This document shows positions 10,219-20,255 of a stretch of DNA of 64,000 bases, piece by piece (position 1 is the first letter of the stretch; each line of letters begins with the position of its first letter). Made by a program: the position numbers and the translations under genes. The notes beneath the pieces are model-generated. The model was not told the DNA's origin, ran no database searches, and saw nothing but the letters and a program-made list of their open reading frames with translations. Location of the stretch: NCBI GenBank assembly GCA_044229975.1, contig JBGARZ010000024.1:64001-128000 (forward strand), read 5' to 3'. Origin of the DNA: Polyangiales bacterium. GTDB taxonomy: Bacteria > Myxococcota_A > Polyangia > Polyangiales > Ga0077539.

Positions 10219-10902
10219 CTACCGACGCCCCGCGTCCCACCGCACCGACAACATGCACCGCAGGATGCGCGCCCCGTCGCGCAGGCTGCTGAGGCCGCTC
10301 GCGCCGTGCGAGCGCGCCGAGCGCGTCACCGGAACCTCCACCACCTTGCCGCCCGCCAGGTGCACCCGCAGCAGCAGCTCGGTCTCGATGTCGTAGCGCC
10401 GCGCCCGCAGCGGCAGCCCTTCGAGCGCTCGCTTCCGCACGGCGCGGAAGCCCGCCTGCGTATCGCTGACGTGCATCCCGAAGAGCGCGTTGGAGACGGC
10501 CGTGAGGCCCACGTTGCCCATGCGGTTGAAGCCCGTGATGGCGCCGTCGCGAAACGTCCCCAGGAAGCGCGACCCGATCACCAGCGCGACGTCGTCCGCG
10601 AGCGCGCCCAGCAGCAGCGGTATCTCCGCCGGGTCGTCCTGCCCGTCCGCGTCGAGGAACACCAGCACCTCCCCGCGCGCCTCCGCGATGCCCCGCCGCA
10701 GCGCCGCCCCCTTGCCCTGGTTCACGGGCAGCCGCACCACCCGCGCGCCTGCCTCTTCGGCCAGCGCCGCGGTCGCGTCGCGCGAGCCGTCGTCCACCAC
10801 CAGCACCTCGCCGAGGTCCGGCGTGTGCGCACGGCAGCCCCGCACCACCCCCGCGATGCTCGGCGCCTCGTCGTGCGCCGCGATCACCACCGACACGCTC
10901 AC
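10219..10902 (-). CDS. Glycosyltransferase family 2 (polyprenol-phosphate glycosyltransferase-like)
   Basis: VSVVIAAHDE, VVDDGSRD, NQGKGAA, FLDADGQDDP, DTQAGFR; GTG overlaps the upstream TGA. Confidence 0.92.
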   Translation of the reverse strand: MSVSVVIAAHDEAPSIAGVVRGCRAHTPDLGEVLVVDDGSRDATAALAEEAGARVVRLPVNQGKGAALRRGIAEARGEVLVFLDADGQDDPAEIPLLLGALADDVALVIGSRFLGTFRDGAITGFNRMGNVGLTAVSNALFGMHVSDTQAGFRAVRKRALEGLPLRARRYDIETELLLRVHLAGGKVVEVPVTRSARSHGASGLSSLRDGARILRCMLSVRWDAGRR

Positions 10903-11870
10903 AGCACCCACCGGGCGTCGCCCGCCCGCTCCTCCCAGCGCAGCGCCTGCACCGCAAACGCCGTCGCCCAGGTGTTCACGTCGCGACTCCCCGCCTCGTA
11001 GACCAGGCCGCCCGACTCGTCCTGCGCCGCGCTCAGACAAGCCTTCGCGCGCGCCACGTTCGGCGCCCAGCGGGCCCGGTCGTGCCAGCACCACAGCCGC
11101 ATCGCCTGCGCCGTCGCGTCACTCCGCCGCCCGCCCCACGCCCGCGCTCCGTCGTGCCACGCCCGCAGCGCGCCCACCTCGTCCTGCGCCGTCGCGAGCC
11201 ACTGCGCTCCGGCCTCCAGCGTGTCGTCGAAGCCCTCCCAGCCGCGCGCTCGCAGGCAGGCCAGTCCCTCCAGCGCGTAGAGCGTCGCGTGCAGATAACT
11301 CTCCGTCGCCAGCGCGTGCGTCGGGAAGCGCCCGCCGCGACCCAGCGGCGCCAGCGCCTCCACCAACGAGCGCACCGTCCCGCGGTGGCGGTCTTCCCCG
11401 AGGCGTTCATCGAGGGCCGTGAGGGCCACACAGCACTTCAGCAGGTGGCTCCCGTAGCTCACGCTCCAGTGCCCCGCGGGCGCGTCGACCTCGCCCTCCA
11501 CGCACACGCCGCGGTCGAGCATCGCGCAGGCCGCGCGCCCCATCCGCTCGGGCAACCCGACATCATCGAGAACCCCGCCCGCCCGCTCGTGGGCGAGCAA
11601 CCCCGCGAGGCACACGCTGGTGTCGAAGGCGTAGCGCGCACCACCGCGCCCGACGAAACCATCGGCGTCGACGTCCCGCGCGAGGCGCGATGCGAGGCGC
11701 GTGCGCAGTGCTGCGGTGCCGGGCTCGGCGGCCAGCGCGCTGAGCACGAGGCCCGCGGCTTCGGGGTAGGAGTAACCCGGATGCGCAGGGTTGCTCCACG
11801 AACGAACGGCCCCGTCGGAGTCGACCACGGCGGGGCTTTGCAGCCACGCGAGGAGGGCGTCGGGGGTCAC
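10899..11870 (-). CDS. Hypothetical alpha/alpha-toroid protein (prenyltransferase/epimerase-like repeats)
   Basis: GYSYPEAAG, HATLYALEGL, WLATAQDEVG and AQDESGG repeats; coupled by GTGA overlaps on both sides. Confidence 0.6.
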   Translation of the reverse strand: MTPDALLAWLQSPAVVDSDGAVRSWSNPAHPGYSYPEAAGLVLSALAAEPGTAALRTRLASRLARDVDADGFVGRGGARYAFDTSVCLAGLLAHERAGGVLDDVGLPERMGRAACAMLDRGVCVEGEVDAPAGHWSVSYGSHLLKCCVALTALDERLGEDRHRGTVRSLVEALAPLGRGGRFPTHALATESYLHATLYALEGLACLRARGWEGFDDTLEAGAQWLATAQDEVGALRAWHDGARAWGGRRSDATAQAMRLWCWHDRARWAPNVARAKACLSAAQDESGGLVYEAGSRDVNTWATAFAVQALRWEERAGDARWVL

Positions 11871-12976
11871 GGCGTTCCGAAGCGGGCGAGGACGTCGCGG
11901 ACGATGCGCTGCGCGGCCATGCCGTCGCCCAGGACGTCCACCGGATGGCTCATGCGCTCGTAGGCGGCGGGGCTGTCGAGCAGCGTCACCATCGCGTCGA
12001 CGAGCTCGTCGGGGCGCGTCCCGACGAGGCGGGCCGTCCCGTCGTGGACGGCCTCGGTGCGCTCGGTCGAACGGCGCGTCACCAGCAGCGGGCGGCCGAG
12101 CGCGGCAGCCTCTTCCTGCACACCACCCGAGTCGGTCACCACCAGCCACGCGCCCGCCAGCAGCCCGATGAATTCCCGGTGACCCATCGGGTCGAGCAGG
12201 CGCACCCCGGGGACACCCGCCAGCAGCTCGCGCACCGGCTCGTACGCCCCCGGGTGCGGGTGCAGCACGTAGTCGACCTCCACGTCGGGCCGCGCCCGCG
12301 TCACCCGCCGCAGCGCCTCGCAGAGCCCACGAACGCCGTCACCGAAGTTCTCCCGACGATGGCAGGTGACCAGCACGCGCCGCCGCGAACCCGGCGCCGG
12401 AGCGTGCGGCGCGATGTCGACCGCGCGCAACGCATCGATGACCGTGTTGCCCACCACCACGATGGACGCCTCGGCGCAGCCCTCGGCGAGCAGGTTGGCG
12501 CGGGCCTGCGCCGTCGGCGCGTAGTGCACGGCCGCGAGGCGCGCGGTGAGCACCCGGTGGGCCTCTTCGGGGAAGGGCTGGGCCGGGTCGAAGGTGCGCA
12601 GCCCCGCCTCGACGTGCCCCACCGGAATCTGCGCATAGAACGCCGCCAGCGACGCGCCCAGCGTGGTGGTCGTGTCGCCCTGCACCAGCACCAGGTCGGG
12701 CCGGCGGTCGGCGACGTGGCCCTCCACCGCCGTGAGGATGGCGCTCAGCGTGGCCCCGAGCCGCCGCTCGAAGGACGGCAGGTCGACGCGCACGGTGGGA
12801 CGCAGGCCCCACTCGTCGAGCGCCTGTTCGAGCACGGCGCCCTGCTGACCGACGGCGCACAGCTCGACGGCGAAGCGATCGGGCGACTGCGACAGCGCGC
12901 GCACCACCGGGGCCATCTTGATGACCTCGGGGCGCGTCCCGACGGCGACCAGCACGGACAGCGGGCGCGGGCTCAC
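11867..12976 (-). CDS. wecB: UDP-N-acetylglucosamine 2-epimerase (non-hydrolysing)
   Basis: GTRPEVIKMAP, VQGDTTT, HVEAGLRT, PFPEE, HRREN, TDSGGVQEEA. Confidence 0.95.
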   Translation of the reverse strand: MSPRPLSVLVAVGTRPEVIKMAPVVRALSQSPDRFAVELCAVGQQGAVLEQALDEWGLRPTVRVDLPSFERRLGATLSAILTAVEGHVADRRPDLVLVQGDTTTTLGASLAAFYAQIPVGHVEAGLRTFDPAQPFPEEAHRVLTARLAAVHYAPTAQARANLLAEGCAEASIVVVGNTVIDALRAVDIAPHAPAPGSRRRVLVTCHRRENFGDGVRGLCEALRRVTRARPDVEVDYVLHPHPGAYEPVRELLAGVPGVRLLDPMGHREFIGLLAGAWLVVTDSGGVQEEAAALGRPLLVTRRSTERTEAVHDGTARLVGTRPDELVDAMVTLLDSPAAYERMSHPVDVLGDGMAAQRIVRDVLARFGTP

Positions 12977-14064
12977 GTCACACCGCTGCGATCGGTGAGG
13001 AGACGGAGGCCACGGCGGAGGGTCTGCACTGCGGTCTGCACCGGGGCGCCCGCGAGGGCGGGGTAGGCCTCGCACGGGGTGAAACAACCGCCGCACGCGA
13101 GGCGCTCGATGTCGGCGCGGGCGGCGAGGGTGGCGGGGTCGTTCCAGAGGTCGCGCACGGGGCGGGTGCGGAGGTTGCCGAGCGGCCGGTCGTAGACGTG
13201 GCAGGGGTAGAGGTCGCCTTCGGGCGAGATGAAGCAGGTGCTGCGCAGCGACTGGCACGTCACGCCCGTGGGCTCGCCCTTCAGGTACGACTCCAGGTTC
13301 ACCAGGAAGACGAGCTCCATCAGGTCGACGAGCGAGCGCGGCGCGCCGCGGCGCTGGAGGTGCGTGACCACCAGCCGGTCGCTCTTCACCGATGGAAGCG
13401 AAGCCATCGAAGCGTTGTCGAAGAAGTGCTGTGAGATCTGGAGCCAGTTCCAGTGCCACTCGGCGGCGGTGAAGCCGGGGATGGCTTCGCGCAGAGCATC
13501 ACCGAGGGCCGCGACGTGGTCGGCATTGCTGGGCGTGACGGTGGTGCCGACGTAGACGCCCACACCCTCGATGGCGCGCAGCGCGCGGAGCGTCTCCAGC
13601 GCGCGGTCGTAGGAGCCGGCGCGCCCGCGGATGCGGTCGTGCAGGTCGCGCGGACCATCGAGGCTCACGGTGACGATGAGCGACAGCTCGGGGCGGCGCG
13701 CGCGGATGCGCTGCACGGCCTCGACGGTGCGCGCGGTGAACCACCCGTTGGTGGGGAAGTGCAGCATCCGCAGCGCGGGCGCGGCGTCGAGCACGGCGTC
13801 GAGCAGCTCGCTGGCGTCGCGGCGCAGGAAGATCTCGCCGCCCGTCACGTCGAGCCAGCAGAGCTTCGGCATCTGCCCGAGGATGGCGCGCACCTCGTCG
13901 GGGGTGAGCTCGTGGCCCGGCGTGACCTGCCACGTGTGGCACATCTCGCAGCGGAGGTTGCAGCGGCGCGTGAGGTCCATCACCACGCGCGTCGGCGTCG
14001 ACGGGCGGTGGAACCACGTCTCCGTGAGGCGGGCGATCAGCGACGGCGTGGCGAGGGCGCGCAC
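12973..14064 (-). CDS. Radical SAM protein with SPASM/twitch domain
   Basis: CNLRCEMC, TGGE, SLDG, then C...ISPEGDLYPC...GNL...CGGCFTPC. Confidence 0.92.
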   Translation of the reverse strand: MRALATPSLIARLTETWFHRPSTPTRVVMDLTRRCNLRCEMCHTWQVTPGHELTPDEVRAILGQMPKLCWLDVTGGEIFLRRDASELLDAVLDAAPALRMLHFPTNGWFTARTVEAVQRIRARRPELSLIVTVSLDGPRDLHDRIRGRAGSYDRALETLRALRAIEGVGVYVGTTVTPSNADHVAALGDALREAIPGFTAAEWHWNWLQISQHFFDNASMASLPSVKSDRLVVTHLQRRGAPRSLVDLMELVFLVNLESYLKGEPTGVTCQSLRSTCFISPEGDLYPCHVYDRPLGNLRTRPVRDLWNDPATLAARADIERLACGGCFTPCEAYPALAGAPVQTAVQTLRRGLRLLTDRSGVT

Positions 14065-14073
14065 CGGCGGAGA

Positions 14074-15573
14074 CTACACCTGCGGCAGTCGTCGCCGCTC
14101 GGGCGCCGCGGGGGCAGGCGGGCGGGGCGCTTCGACGGGGTGCTCGGCCTCGGGTCCGTGGTCGAAGGAGTGGGCATCAGCCCCCGGCGCGGGCCCCTTC
14201 CCTGCGACCAGCTTCACGAACACCGGGACCAGCTTGAGCAGCTCGCGCTTGCGCGGCACGAGCCGGGCGAAGCGCGCGATGCGCCGGGGGTCGAGGTAGA
14301 AGCGGAGGTAGGCGTTGCGCTGGATGACCTTGAGCTCATCAGCGGGCACTTCCGACAGGCTGTGGGGGTTGTCGTAGTAGTTGAACTGTCCGCCGTGCAG
14401 GTCCTTCGCGGGGTCGACGTAGGCGTCGGCGAGGGGCGAGCCCTCGAAGGGCGTGACGAGGAAGAAGCCCGCCGAGTGGAGCCTGGAGTCGAGGGCGAAG
14501 CGCACGGTGCTGTCGACCTCGGCGCGGGTCTCGCCGGGGAAGCCCAGCATGAAGAAGCCGTGGGCCAGGATGCCCATGCGGTCGGTGTCCTCGATGAGCT
14601 GGCGCACCTTGTCGATCTTCAGGTGCTTCTTCACCTGCTTCTGGATGCGCGGTGAGGCGCTCTCGATGGCGTAGCTCACGCGCCAGGTGCCGGCGGCCTT
14701 CATCGCCGCGAGCATCTCCAGGTCCATCATGTCGGCGCGCACGCCGTTGGGAAACTGGAGGTCGATCTTCCAGCCCTTCGCCACGATGAGCGCACAGATC
14801 TCCAGCACGCGCTTCTTGTTGAAGTTGAAGATGTCGTCATAGACCTGAAACGACGTCACCCCGTAGCGGGTGATGAGCAGCTCCATCTCCTCGATGACCT
14901 TGGCGGGCGAGCGCGCGCGAAACTTCTTCCCGAAGACGTCGTGGCAGTAGGTGCACTTGAAGGGACACCCGCGCGACGTGGCGATCACCGCCCAGCGCCC
15001 GCGGGTGAGTCGCTCCATGGAGTCGAAGCGCTCGTAGGCGTCCATGTCGATGCGGTCCCAGCTCGGGATGGGCATCGCGTCGAGCTCCTTCACGAGCACC
15101 CGCGGCGGGTTCTGCACCACCAAACCCTCGCGGCGGAAGATGAGCCCGTCGACGCGCGCGGGGTCGCCCTTCACCGCGAGCGCGGTGAGCAGCTCGTGGA
15201 GGGTCTCCTCGCCTTCACCCACCACCGCGTAGTCGACGCTCGGGTCGGCCATCACCGAGCGCGTCGAGCTCGTCGGGTACGGGCCGCCGAGCACCGTCAC
15301 CACGTGCGGCGCGGCCTGCTTGATGAGCTTCGCGAGGGCATGGATGGCGTCGCGCTCGATGGTGAGACCGGAGAGGCCCACCACGTCGGGGCGGTCGGCC
15401 AGGATGCGGCGGCACGCCTGCGCGGGCGTCTCCTTCGCGAGCCGCATGTCGTAGAGGCGGATGTCGTCGTGCCCTTTGGTGCGGAGGTACGCGTCGAGGG
15501 ACATGATCCCCAGCGGGTGGGCGAGGTCATCGACCAGCATCGGCTGGTAGGTCCGGACGAGCGCGAGGCGCAT
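14074..15573 (-). CDS. B12-binding radical SAM protein (paralog of 16614-18185)
   Basis: HPLGIMSL, LGGPY, TSRGCPFKCTYC, FFMLGFPGET. Confidence 0.93.
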   Translation of the reverse strand: MRLALVRTYQPMLVDDLAHPLGIMSLDAYLRTKGHDDIRLYDMRLAKETPAQACRRILADRPDVVGLSGLTIERDAIHALAKLIKQAAPHVVTVLGGPYPTSSTRSVMADPSVDYAVVGEGEETLHELLTALAVKGDPARVDGLIFRREGLVVQNPPRVLVKELDAMPIPSWDRIDMDAYERFDSMERLTRGRWAVIATSRGCPFKCTYCHDVFGKKFRARSPAKVIEEMELLITRYGVTSFQVYDDIFNFNKKRVLEICALIVAKGWKIDLQFPNGVRADMMDLEMLAAMKAAGTWRVSYAIESASPRIQKQVKKHLKIDKVRQLIEDTDRMGILAHGFFMLGFPGETRAEVDSTVRFALDSRLHSAGFFLVTPFEGSPLADAYVDPAKDLHGGQFNYYDNPHSLSEVPADELKVIQRNAYLRFYLDPRRIARFARLVPRKRELLKLVPVFVKLVAGKGPAPGADAHSFDHGPEAEHPVEAPRPPAPAAPERRRLPQV

Positions 15574-15670
15574 GGGCTGACTCCGTAGGTACTCCCGCGC
15601 GCGGGGGAGCGTCCATCACCGGGGCCGCCGCGGCTTGACCGTGCGCCGACGCGGGCGCGAGCATCGCCGC

Positions 15671-16531
15671 ATGGAGCCTCCGGCGATCCTCGACTGGGCG
15701 CGGCTGGAGCGGCGCCTCGCCGACGACCGCGCGGACTACCGGGCGCGCGGGGAGGCGCCGCACGTCGTCATCGACGGCTTCCTCGACGGGTCGTGGATGA
15801 CGTCGACCGCGCTCGTGGAGACGGTGCGCGCGCTCGGCCGCAGCCGCGCGGTCACCGAGTACAGCTATTACAACACCCGGAGCGCGGCGACGGAGGGCCA
15901 CGCCGCGCTGCCGCCCGCGGTGCGCGCGCTCATCGACGAGCTGCACTCCGCCCGCTTCATCGCCCACCTCGAAGCGCTCACCGGCATCGACGGTCTGGTC
16001 GCCGACGAGGCGCTCACCAACGGCGGCGTGCACTTCATGAAGCCGGGCGGCTACCTGCGGCTGCACCGCGACGAGTTCATCCACCCCGACCGCCCGACGC
16101 TGCGCCGTCGGCTCAACCTGCTGCTCTACCTCAACGATGCCTGGGAGGAGGCCTACGGCGGGCACCTGGAGCTGTGGTCCCGCGACGGCAGCGCGCAGCT
16201 CCACCGCATCCTGCCGATCGCCAACCGCTGCGTGGTGACGGCCATCGAGGAGAACGTCCACGGCGTGCCCGGCGGCGTGCGCTGCCCGGAGGGCGACATG
16301 CGGAAGACGGTGATCCTCTGGTACTACACGGACGAGGGGCGCGCGGTGGACTTCGAGCCGGCGGTGTTCGTGAGCCGGCCCGATGACGGGCTCGCGCAGA
16401 AGCTCCTCGTCGATGCGGAGAGCCGCCTCTTCGGGCTCTACCACCGGGTCCGCCAGCGCTACCGCGGGGCGCACCGCGCGGCGCTCGCGGTGATGCAGGC
16501 CGTCGGCTACGGGCGCGTCGACCGGCGGTAG
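15671..16531 (+). CDS. 2OG-Fe(II) oxygenase
   Basis: PHVVIDGFL, LHRD, LNLLLYLN, GHLELW, HGVP. Confidence 0.88.
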   Translation: MEPPAILDWARLERRLADDRADYRARGEAPHVVIDGFLDGSWMTSTALVETVRALGRSRAVTEYSYYNTRSAATEGHAALPPAVRALIDELHSARFIAHLEALTGIDGLVADEALTNGGVHFMKPGGYLRLHRDEFIHPDRPTLRRRLNLLLYLNDAWEEAYGGHLELWSRDGSAQLHRILPIANRCVVTAIEENVHGVPGGVRCPEGDMRKTVILWYYTDEGRAVDFEPAVFVSRPDDGLAQKLLVDAESRLFGLYHRVRQRYRGAHRAALAVMQAVGYGRVDRR

Positions 16532-16613
16532 TGCGGGCGCGCGCGGGGCGCGCTTGACCCTCTCTGTTGCGGGGGAGGATGCTGCGGGCGCTCAAGGCAG
16601 GAGAGGCCCATCC

Positions 16614-18185
16614 GTGCGAATCGCCCTGATCCGAACCTATCAGCCGCAGATGGTCGACGACGTGGCGCACCCGCTGGGGATCATGGCGCTGGACGCCTTC
16701 CTGCGGACCAAGGGCTACGACGACGTCCACCTGTTCGACATGCGCCTCAAGCGGGAGACGCCGTCGCAGGTGCTCGACCGGGTGCTCGCGCTCAAGCCCG
16801 ACGTGATCGGCCTCTCCGCGCTCACCATCGAGAAGGACACGGTCCACAAGCTGGCGGGGCTCATCAAGCAGCGCGCGCCGCGCGTGCGGGTCGTCCTCGG
16901 CGGGCCCTACGGCACCAGCTCGACGCACACGGCCATGCGCGACCCGGCCATCGATTTCATCGTCGTCGGCGAAGGGGAGTTCACCTTCCACGAGCTGCTG
17001 GAGTCGTTCGAGTCCGGGGCCGACCCCTCCTCCGTGCAGGGCATCCTCTACCGCGAGGCGGGGGAGGTGCGGCAGACGCCCGAGCGGCCCTTCGTGCAGG
17101 ACCTCGACGTGCTGCCCATCCCGAGCTGGGACCGCATCGACATGGCCGAGTACCAGCGCATCGGCTGCGTCGACCACATCACGCGCCGCCCCTGGGTCGT
17201 CTTCTACACGTCGCGCGGGTGCCCCTTCAAATGCACCTACTGCCACGACGTGTTCGGGAAGAAGTTCCGCGCGCGCTCGCCCGCCAGGGTCATCGAGGAG
17301 ATGGAGCTGCTCTACACGCGCTACGGCGTGCGGGAGTTTCATTTCTATGACGACATCTTCAACTTCAACAAGAAGCGCGTCCTGGAGATCTGCCGGCTCA
17401 TCCAGGAGAAGCGCTGGAAGATCGACCTGCAATTCCCCAACGGCGTGCGCGCCGACATGATGGACCTGGAGACGCTCACGGCGCTGAAGGCCGCGGGCAC
17501 GGTGCGGGTCAACTACGCCATCGAGACGGCCTCGCCCCGCATCCAGAAGCAGGTGAAGAAGCACCTGAAGATCGAGAAGGTGAAGCAGCTCATCGAGGAC
17601 ACCGACCGGATGGGCATCCTCTCGCACGGGTTCTTCATGCTGGGCTTCCCCACCGAGACCCGCGAGGAGGTGATGGCCACCATCGAGTGGGCCTGCGCCT
17701 CGAAGCTCCACACCGCGGCCTTCTACCTGGTGTGCCCCTTCGAGGGGACGCCCCTCTCGGACGCCTACGTGGGCCCGGCCAAGGGCGAGAAGGGCAACGA
17801 CTGGCAGTACTACGACAACCCGCACAGCATGTCGGAGGTGCCCGCGGCGGAGCTGAAGAAGATCCAGCGCGACGCCTACCTGCGCTTCTTCACCAACCCG
17901 TGGCGGATGTACCGCTTCCTGTGGTTGCTGCCCGACAAGCTGGCGATGAAGAAGTTCGTCCCGATCTTCCTCAAGATCATCGCGAGCGGGTTCAAGGTCC
18001 ACGGCGCCGACGAGAAGTCGTGGGACCACACGCCGGAGGCCATCGACACCATCCTCGCGTCGCGCCGCCCGATGGACACCGAGGAGCCCGAGGGCGTGCC
18101 CGCGCCCGCCCCTGCGGCGGACGTCATCAAGCTGCGGCCCCGGAAGCAGCCCGCAGGCGACGCGCCGACCAAGCCCACCGCCTGA
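16614..18185 (+). CDS. B12-binding radical SAM protein (paralog of 14074-15573)
   Basis: HPLGIMAL, TSRGCPFKCTYCHDVFGKKFRARSP identical to the paralog; GTG start after AGGAGAGG. Confidence 0.93.
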   Translation: MRIALIRTYQPQMVDDVAHPLGIMALDAFLRTKGYDDVHLFDMRLKRETPSQVLDRVLALKPDVIGLSALTIEKDTVHKLAGLIKQRAPRVRVVLGGPYGTSSTHTAMRDPAIDFIVVGEGEFTFHELLESFESGADPSSVQGILYREAGEVRQTPERPFVQDLDVLPIPSWDRIDMAEYQRIGCVDHITRRPWVVFYTSRGCPFKCTYCHDVFGKKFRARSPARVIEEMELLYTRYGVREFHFYDDIFNFNKKRVLEICRLIQEKRWKIDLQFPNGVRADMMDLETLTALKAAGTVRVNYAIETASPRIQKQVKKHLKIEKVKQLIEDTDRMGILSHGFFMLGFPTETREEVMATIEWACASKLHTAAFYLVCPFEGTPLSDAYVGPAKGEKGNDWQYYDNPHSMSEVPAAELKKIQRDAYLRFFTNPWRMYRFLWLLPDKLAMKKFVPIFLKIIASGFKVHGADEKSWDHTPEAIDTILASRRPMDTEEPEGVPAPAPAADVIKLRPRKQPAGDAPTKPTA

Positions 18186-18195
18186 CCTCGTCGAC

Positions 18196-19089
18196 CTACG
18201 TCCGCGCGCGCACCCACTCGGCCAGCCGCGTGTAGCCCGTGCGGCGCATCAGATCGAGCGGCACCCGGCTGGCTTCGCCCTCGGCCTCGGCGATGCCCAG
18301 GCGCCACTTGACCGCGTGGTAGAGCCAGTAGGCCTTGTCCTCGGCGAAGACCGCGGCCTTGCGGGCGAGCGAGTCCGTCGCCCGCGCCTTCCACGACACC
18401 GGGTGGAACGTCACGGGCCCCGCCTCGCGCGTGTAGTACCAGACCGAGATGGACTTGCGCGCCTCGCCCTCCGGGCAGCGCACCGGCTCGGGCATCCCGT
18501 GGGTGTTGAGGTCGATGGTCGAGAGGAAGCAGCGGTTGAAGACCGGAAGCACCCGGCGCACGAGCTCGCGGCCGTCGCGCGACCGCAGCTCGAGGTGACC
18601 CTCGTACTCCTCGCGCCAGCCCTTGTTGAGGTAGAGCACGAGGTTGACGCGCCGCCGCCAGTCGCGGCGGTACGGGTGGATCGTGTCGTCGTGGTGGAGG
18701 TTCATGAACCCGCCGGGGCGCAGCAGGAACACGCCGCCGTTGGCGAGCTCGGGGTCGGGCAGGAGGCCGCGGATCCCGGTGATCTCCTCGACGTAGGCGA
18801 CCCACCGGTCGGAGTGCAGGTCGTCGATGATGGCGCGCACGGAGGCGGGCAGGTCGGCCGCGCCGACGGTCGACTCGGTCGACTGGTTGACGTAGCTGTA
18901 CCGCCCGGTGCGACCGCCGCGGACGATCTCGCCGAGGTCGGCGTCGAGGCCGAGCGCGTCGACGGACGAGGCGTCGAGCAGCCCGTCGATGACCACGTGC
19001 GGCGCGGACGCGGACCCGTAGCTCGCGCGCAGCGCGGGGCCGAGCTGACGCAGGCGCTCCCAGTCGAGGGTCACTCCGTTCGCGGGCAT
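18196..19089 (-). CDS. 2OG-Fe(II) oxygenase (paralog of 15671-16531)
   Basis: PHVVIDGLL, LHHD, VNLVLYLN, HGMP...CPEG..RKS. Confidence 0.88.
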   Translation of the reverse strand: MPANGVTLDWERLRQLGPALRASYGSASAPHVVIDGLLDASSVDALGLDADLGEIVRGGRTGRYSYVNQSTESTVGAADLPASVRAIIDDLHSDRWVAYVEEITGIRGLLPDPELANGGVFLLRPGGFMNLHHDDTIHPYRRDWRRRVNLVLYLNKGWREEYEGHLELRSRDGRELVRRVLPVFNRCFLSTIDLNTHGMPEPVRCPEGEARKSISVWYYTREAGPVTFHPVSWKARATDSLARKAAVFAEDKAYWLYHAVKWRLGIAEAEGEASRVPLDLMRRTGYTRLAEWVRART

Positions 19090-19205
19090 CGGAGGCGCAG
19101 CGTAGCCAACGCCGGGCGCCGCGAACACCCCGCAACCATCCCACGGGAGGCCGCGGTTGCTTCGCTTGACGCCCTCCGGTGGGCGCCCCTAGCGTCGGCG
19201 CCCCC

Positions 19206-20255
19206 ATGCAGATGCCCTCCGCGATGAGAACGATTCCGTGGGCGGAGCGCGCCCGCTTCAACGCCTCGTTCGTGCTGGAGCACTACCTCAAGAGCCGGGC
19301 GGTGGTGGAGTACAAGGAGCGCACCCACCAGCGCATCGTCGAGCACGTGCGCGCCATGGGCCCCGGGCGCTGCATCCCCGTCGACCGCGTCCGCAACATC
19401 ACCCCGGAGCAGTTCCGCGACCGCTACCTGCGCAAGGGCATCCCGGTGATCATCGAGGGCGCCGCGGCCGACTGGCGCTGCACGCGCGAGTGGTCGTTCG
19501 AGTCGTGGAAGGCACGCTTCGGCCACGAGACCATCCGCCTCGTGGACCGGCCGGGCCTGACCGACGACGACTTCGTGGACGAGGCCGAGCTCACCGAGGA
19601 GATCAACTTCGGCGAGTTCCTCGACGAGGTGGTGCGGGGCGGCCGACGGTACATGCGCTTCGCGCCGCTCTTCGAGAAGTTCCCCGAGCTCGGCGACGAC
19701 GTCGACTGGGATTGGTTGCGCTCCATGCCCGACCAGAGCTTCGGCCTCAACGCGCAGCTCTTCGTGGGCGGCGGCGGGCGGCAGACGCCGCTCCACAACG
19801 CCATGACGGTGTTCCTCTTCGCGAACATCGTGGGCGTGAAGCGCTGGACCTTCGTCCCCAACCACTACCTGTCGCTGCTCGACCCCCCGGCCGACTCGCG
19901 CGGCTACAACCACTCCGAGGCCGTCGTGCGCGAGGCCGACGGGCGGCGGTTCCCGGGCCTGGAGAGCGTCGACTACATGGAAGCCGTGATGAACCCCGGC
20001 GACGTGCTCTTCAACCCGTCGTGGAACTGGCACAGCGTCGTCAACGACTCCGCCACCATCGGCATCCGCTTCGGGATGATCCGGCCGGCGACGATGTTCA
20101 CCGAATCCCTGACGCTGGCGTTCATCCGGTTCTTCGGCGGGCGCCACGCGGGCGTGCCCCTCGCGACCACGATCGAGTCCGCGCGCGACGCGGCCGTCGC
20201 GGTGGCGCGCCAGCTGCGGGGCACCGCTCCGGGGACGGGGCGAGGGCGGCGGTAG
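19206..20255 (+). CDS. JmjC/cupin-like protein with H-x-A in place of H-x-D
   Basis: PVIIEGAAADW, TPLHNA, GVKRW, PGDVLFNPSWNWH; exact start uncertain (ATG 19206, 19212 or 19224). Confidence 0.85.
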   Translation: MQMPSAMRTIPWAERARFNASFVLEHYLKSRAVVEYKERTHQRIVEHVRAMGPGRCIPVDRVRNITPEQFRDRYLRKGIPVIIEGAAADWRCTREWSFESWKARFGHETIRLVDRPGLTDDDFVDEAELTEEINFGEFLDEVVRGGRRYMRFAPLFEKFPELGDDVDWDWLRSMPDQSFGLNAQLFVGGGGRQTPLHNAMTVFLFANIVGVKRWTFVPNHYLSLLDPPADSRGYNHSEAVVREADGRRFPGLESVDYMEAVMNPGDVLFNPSWNWHSVVNDSATIGIRFGMIRPATMFTESLTLAFIRFFGGRHAGVPLATTIESARDAAVAVARQLRGTAPGTGRGRR

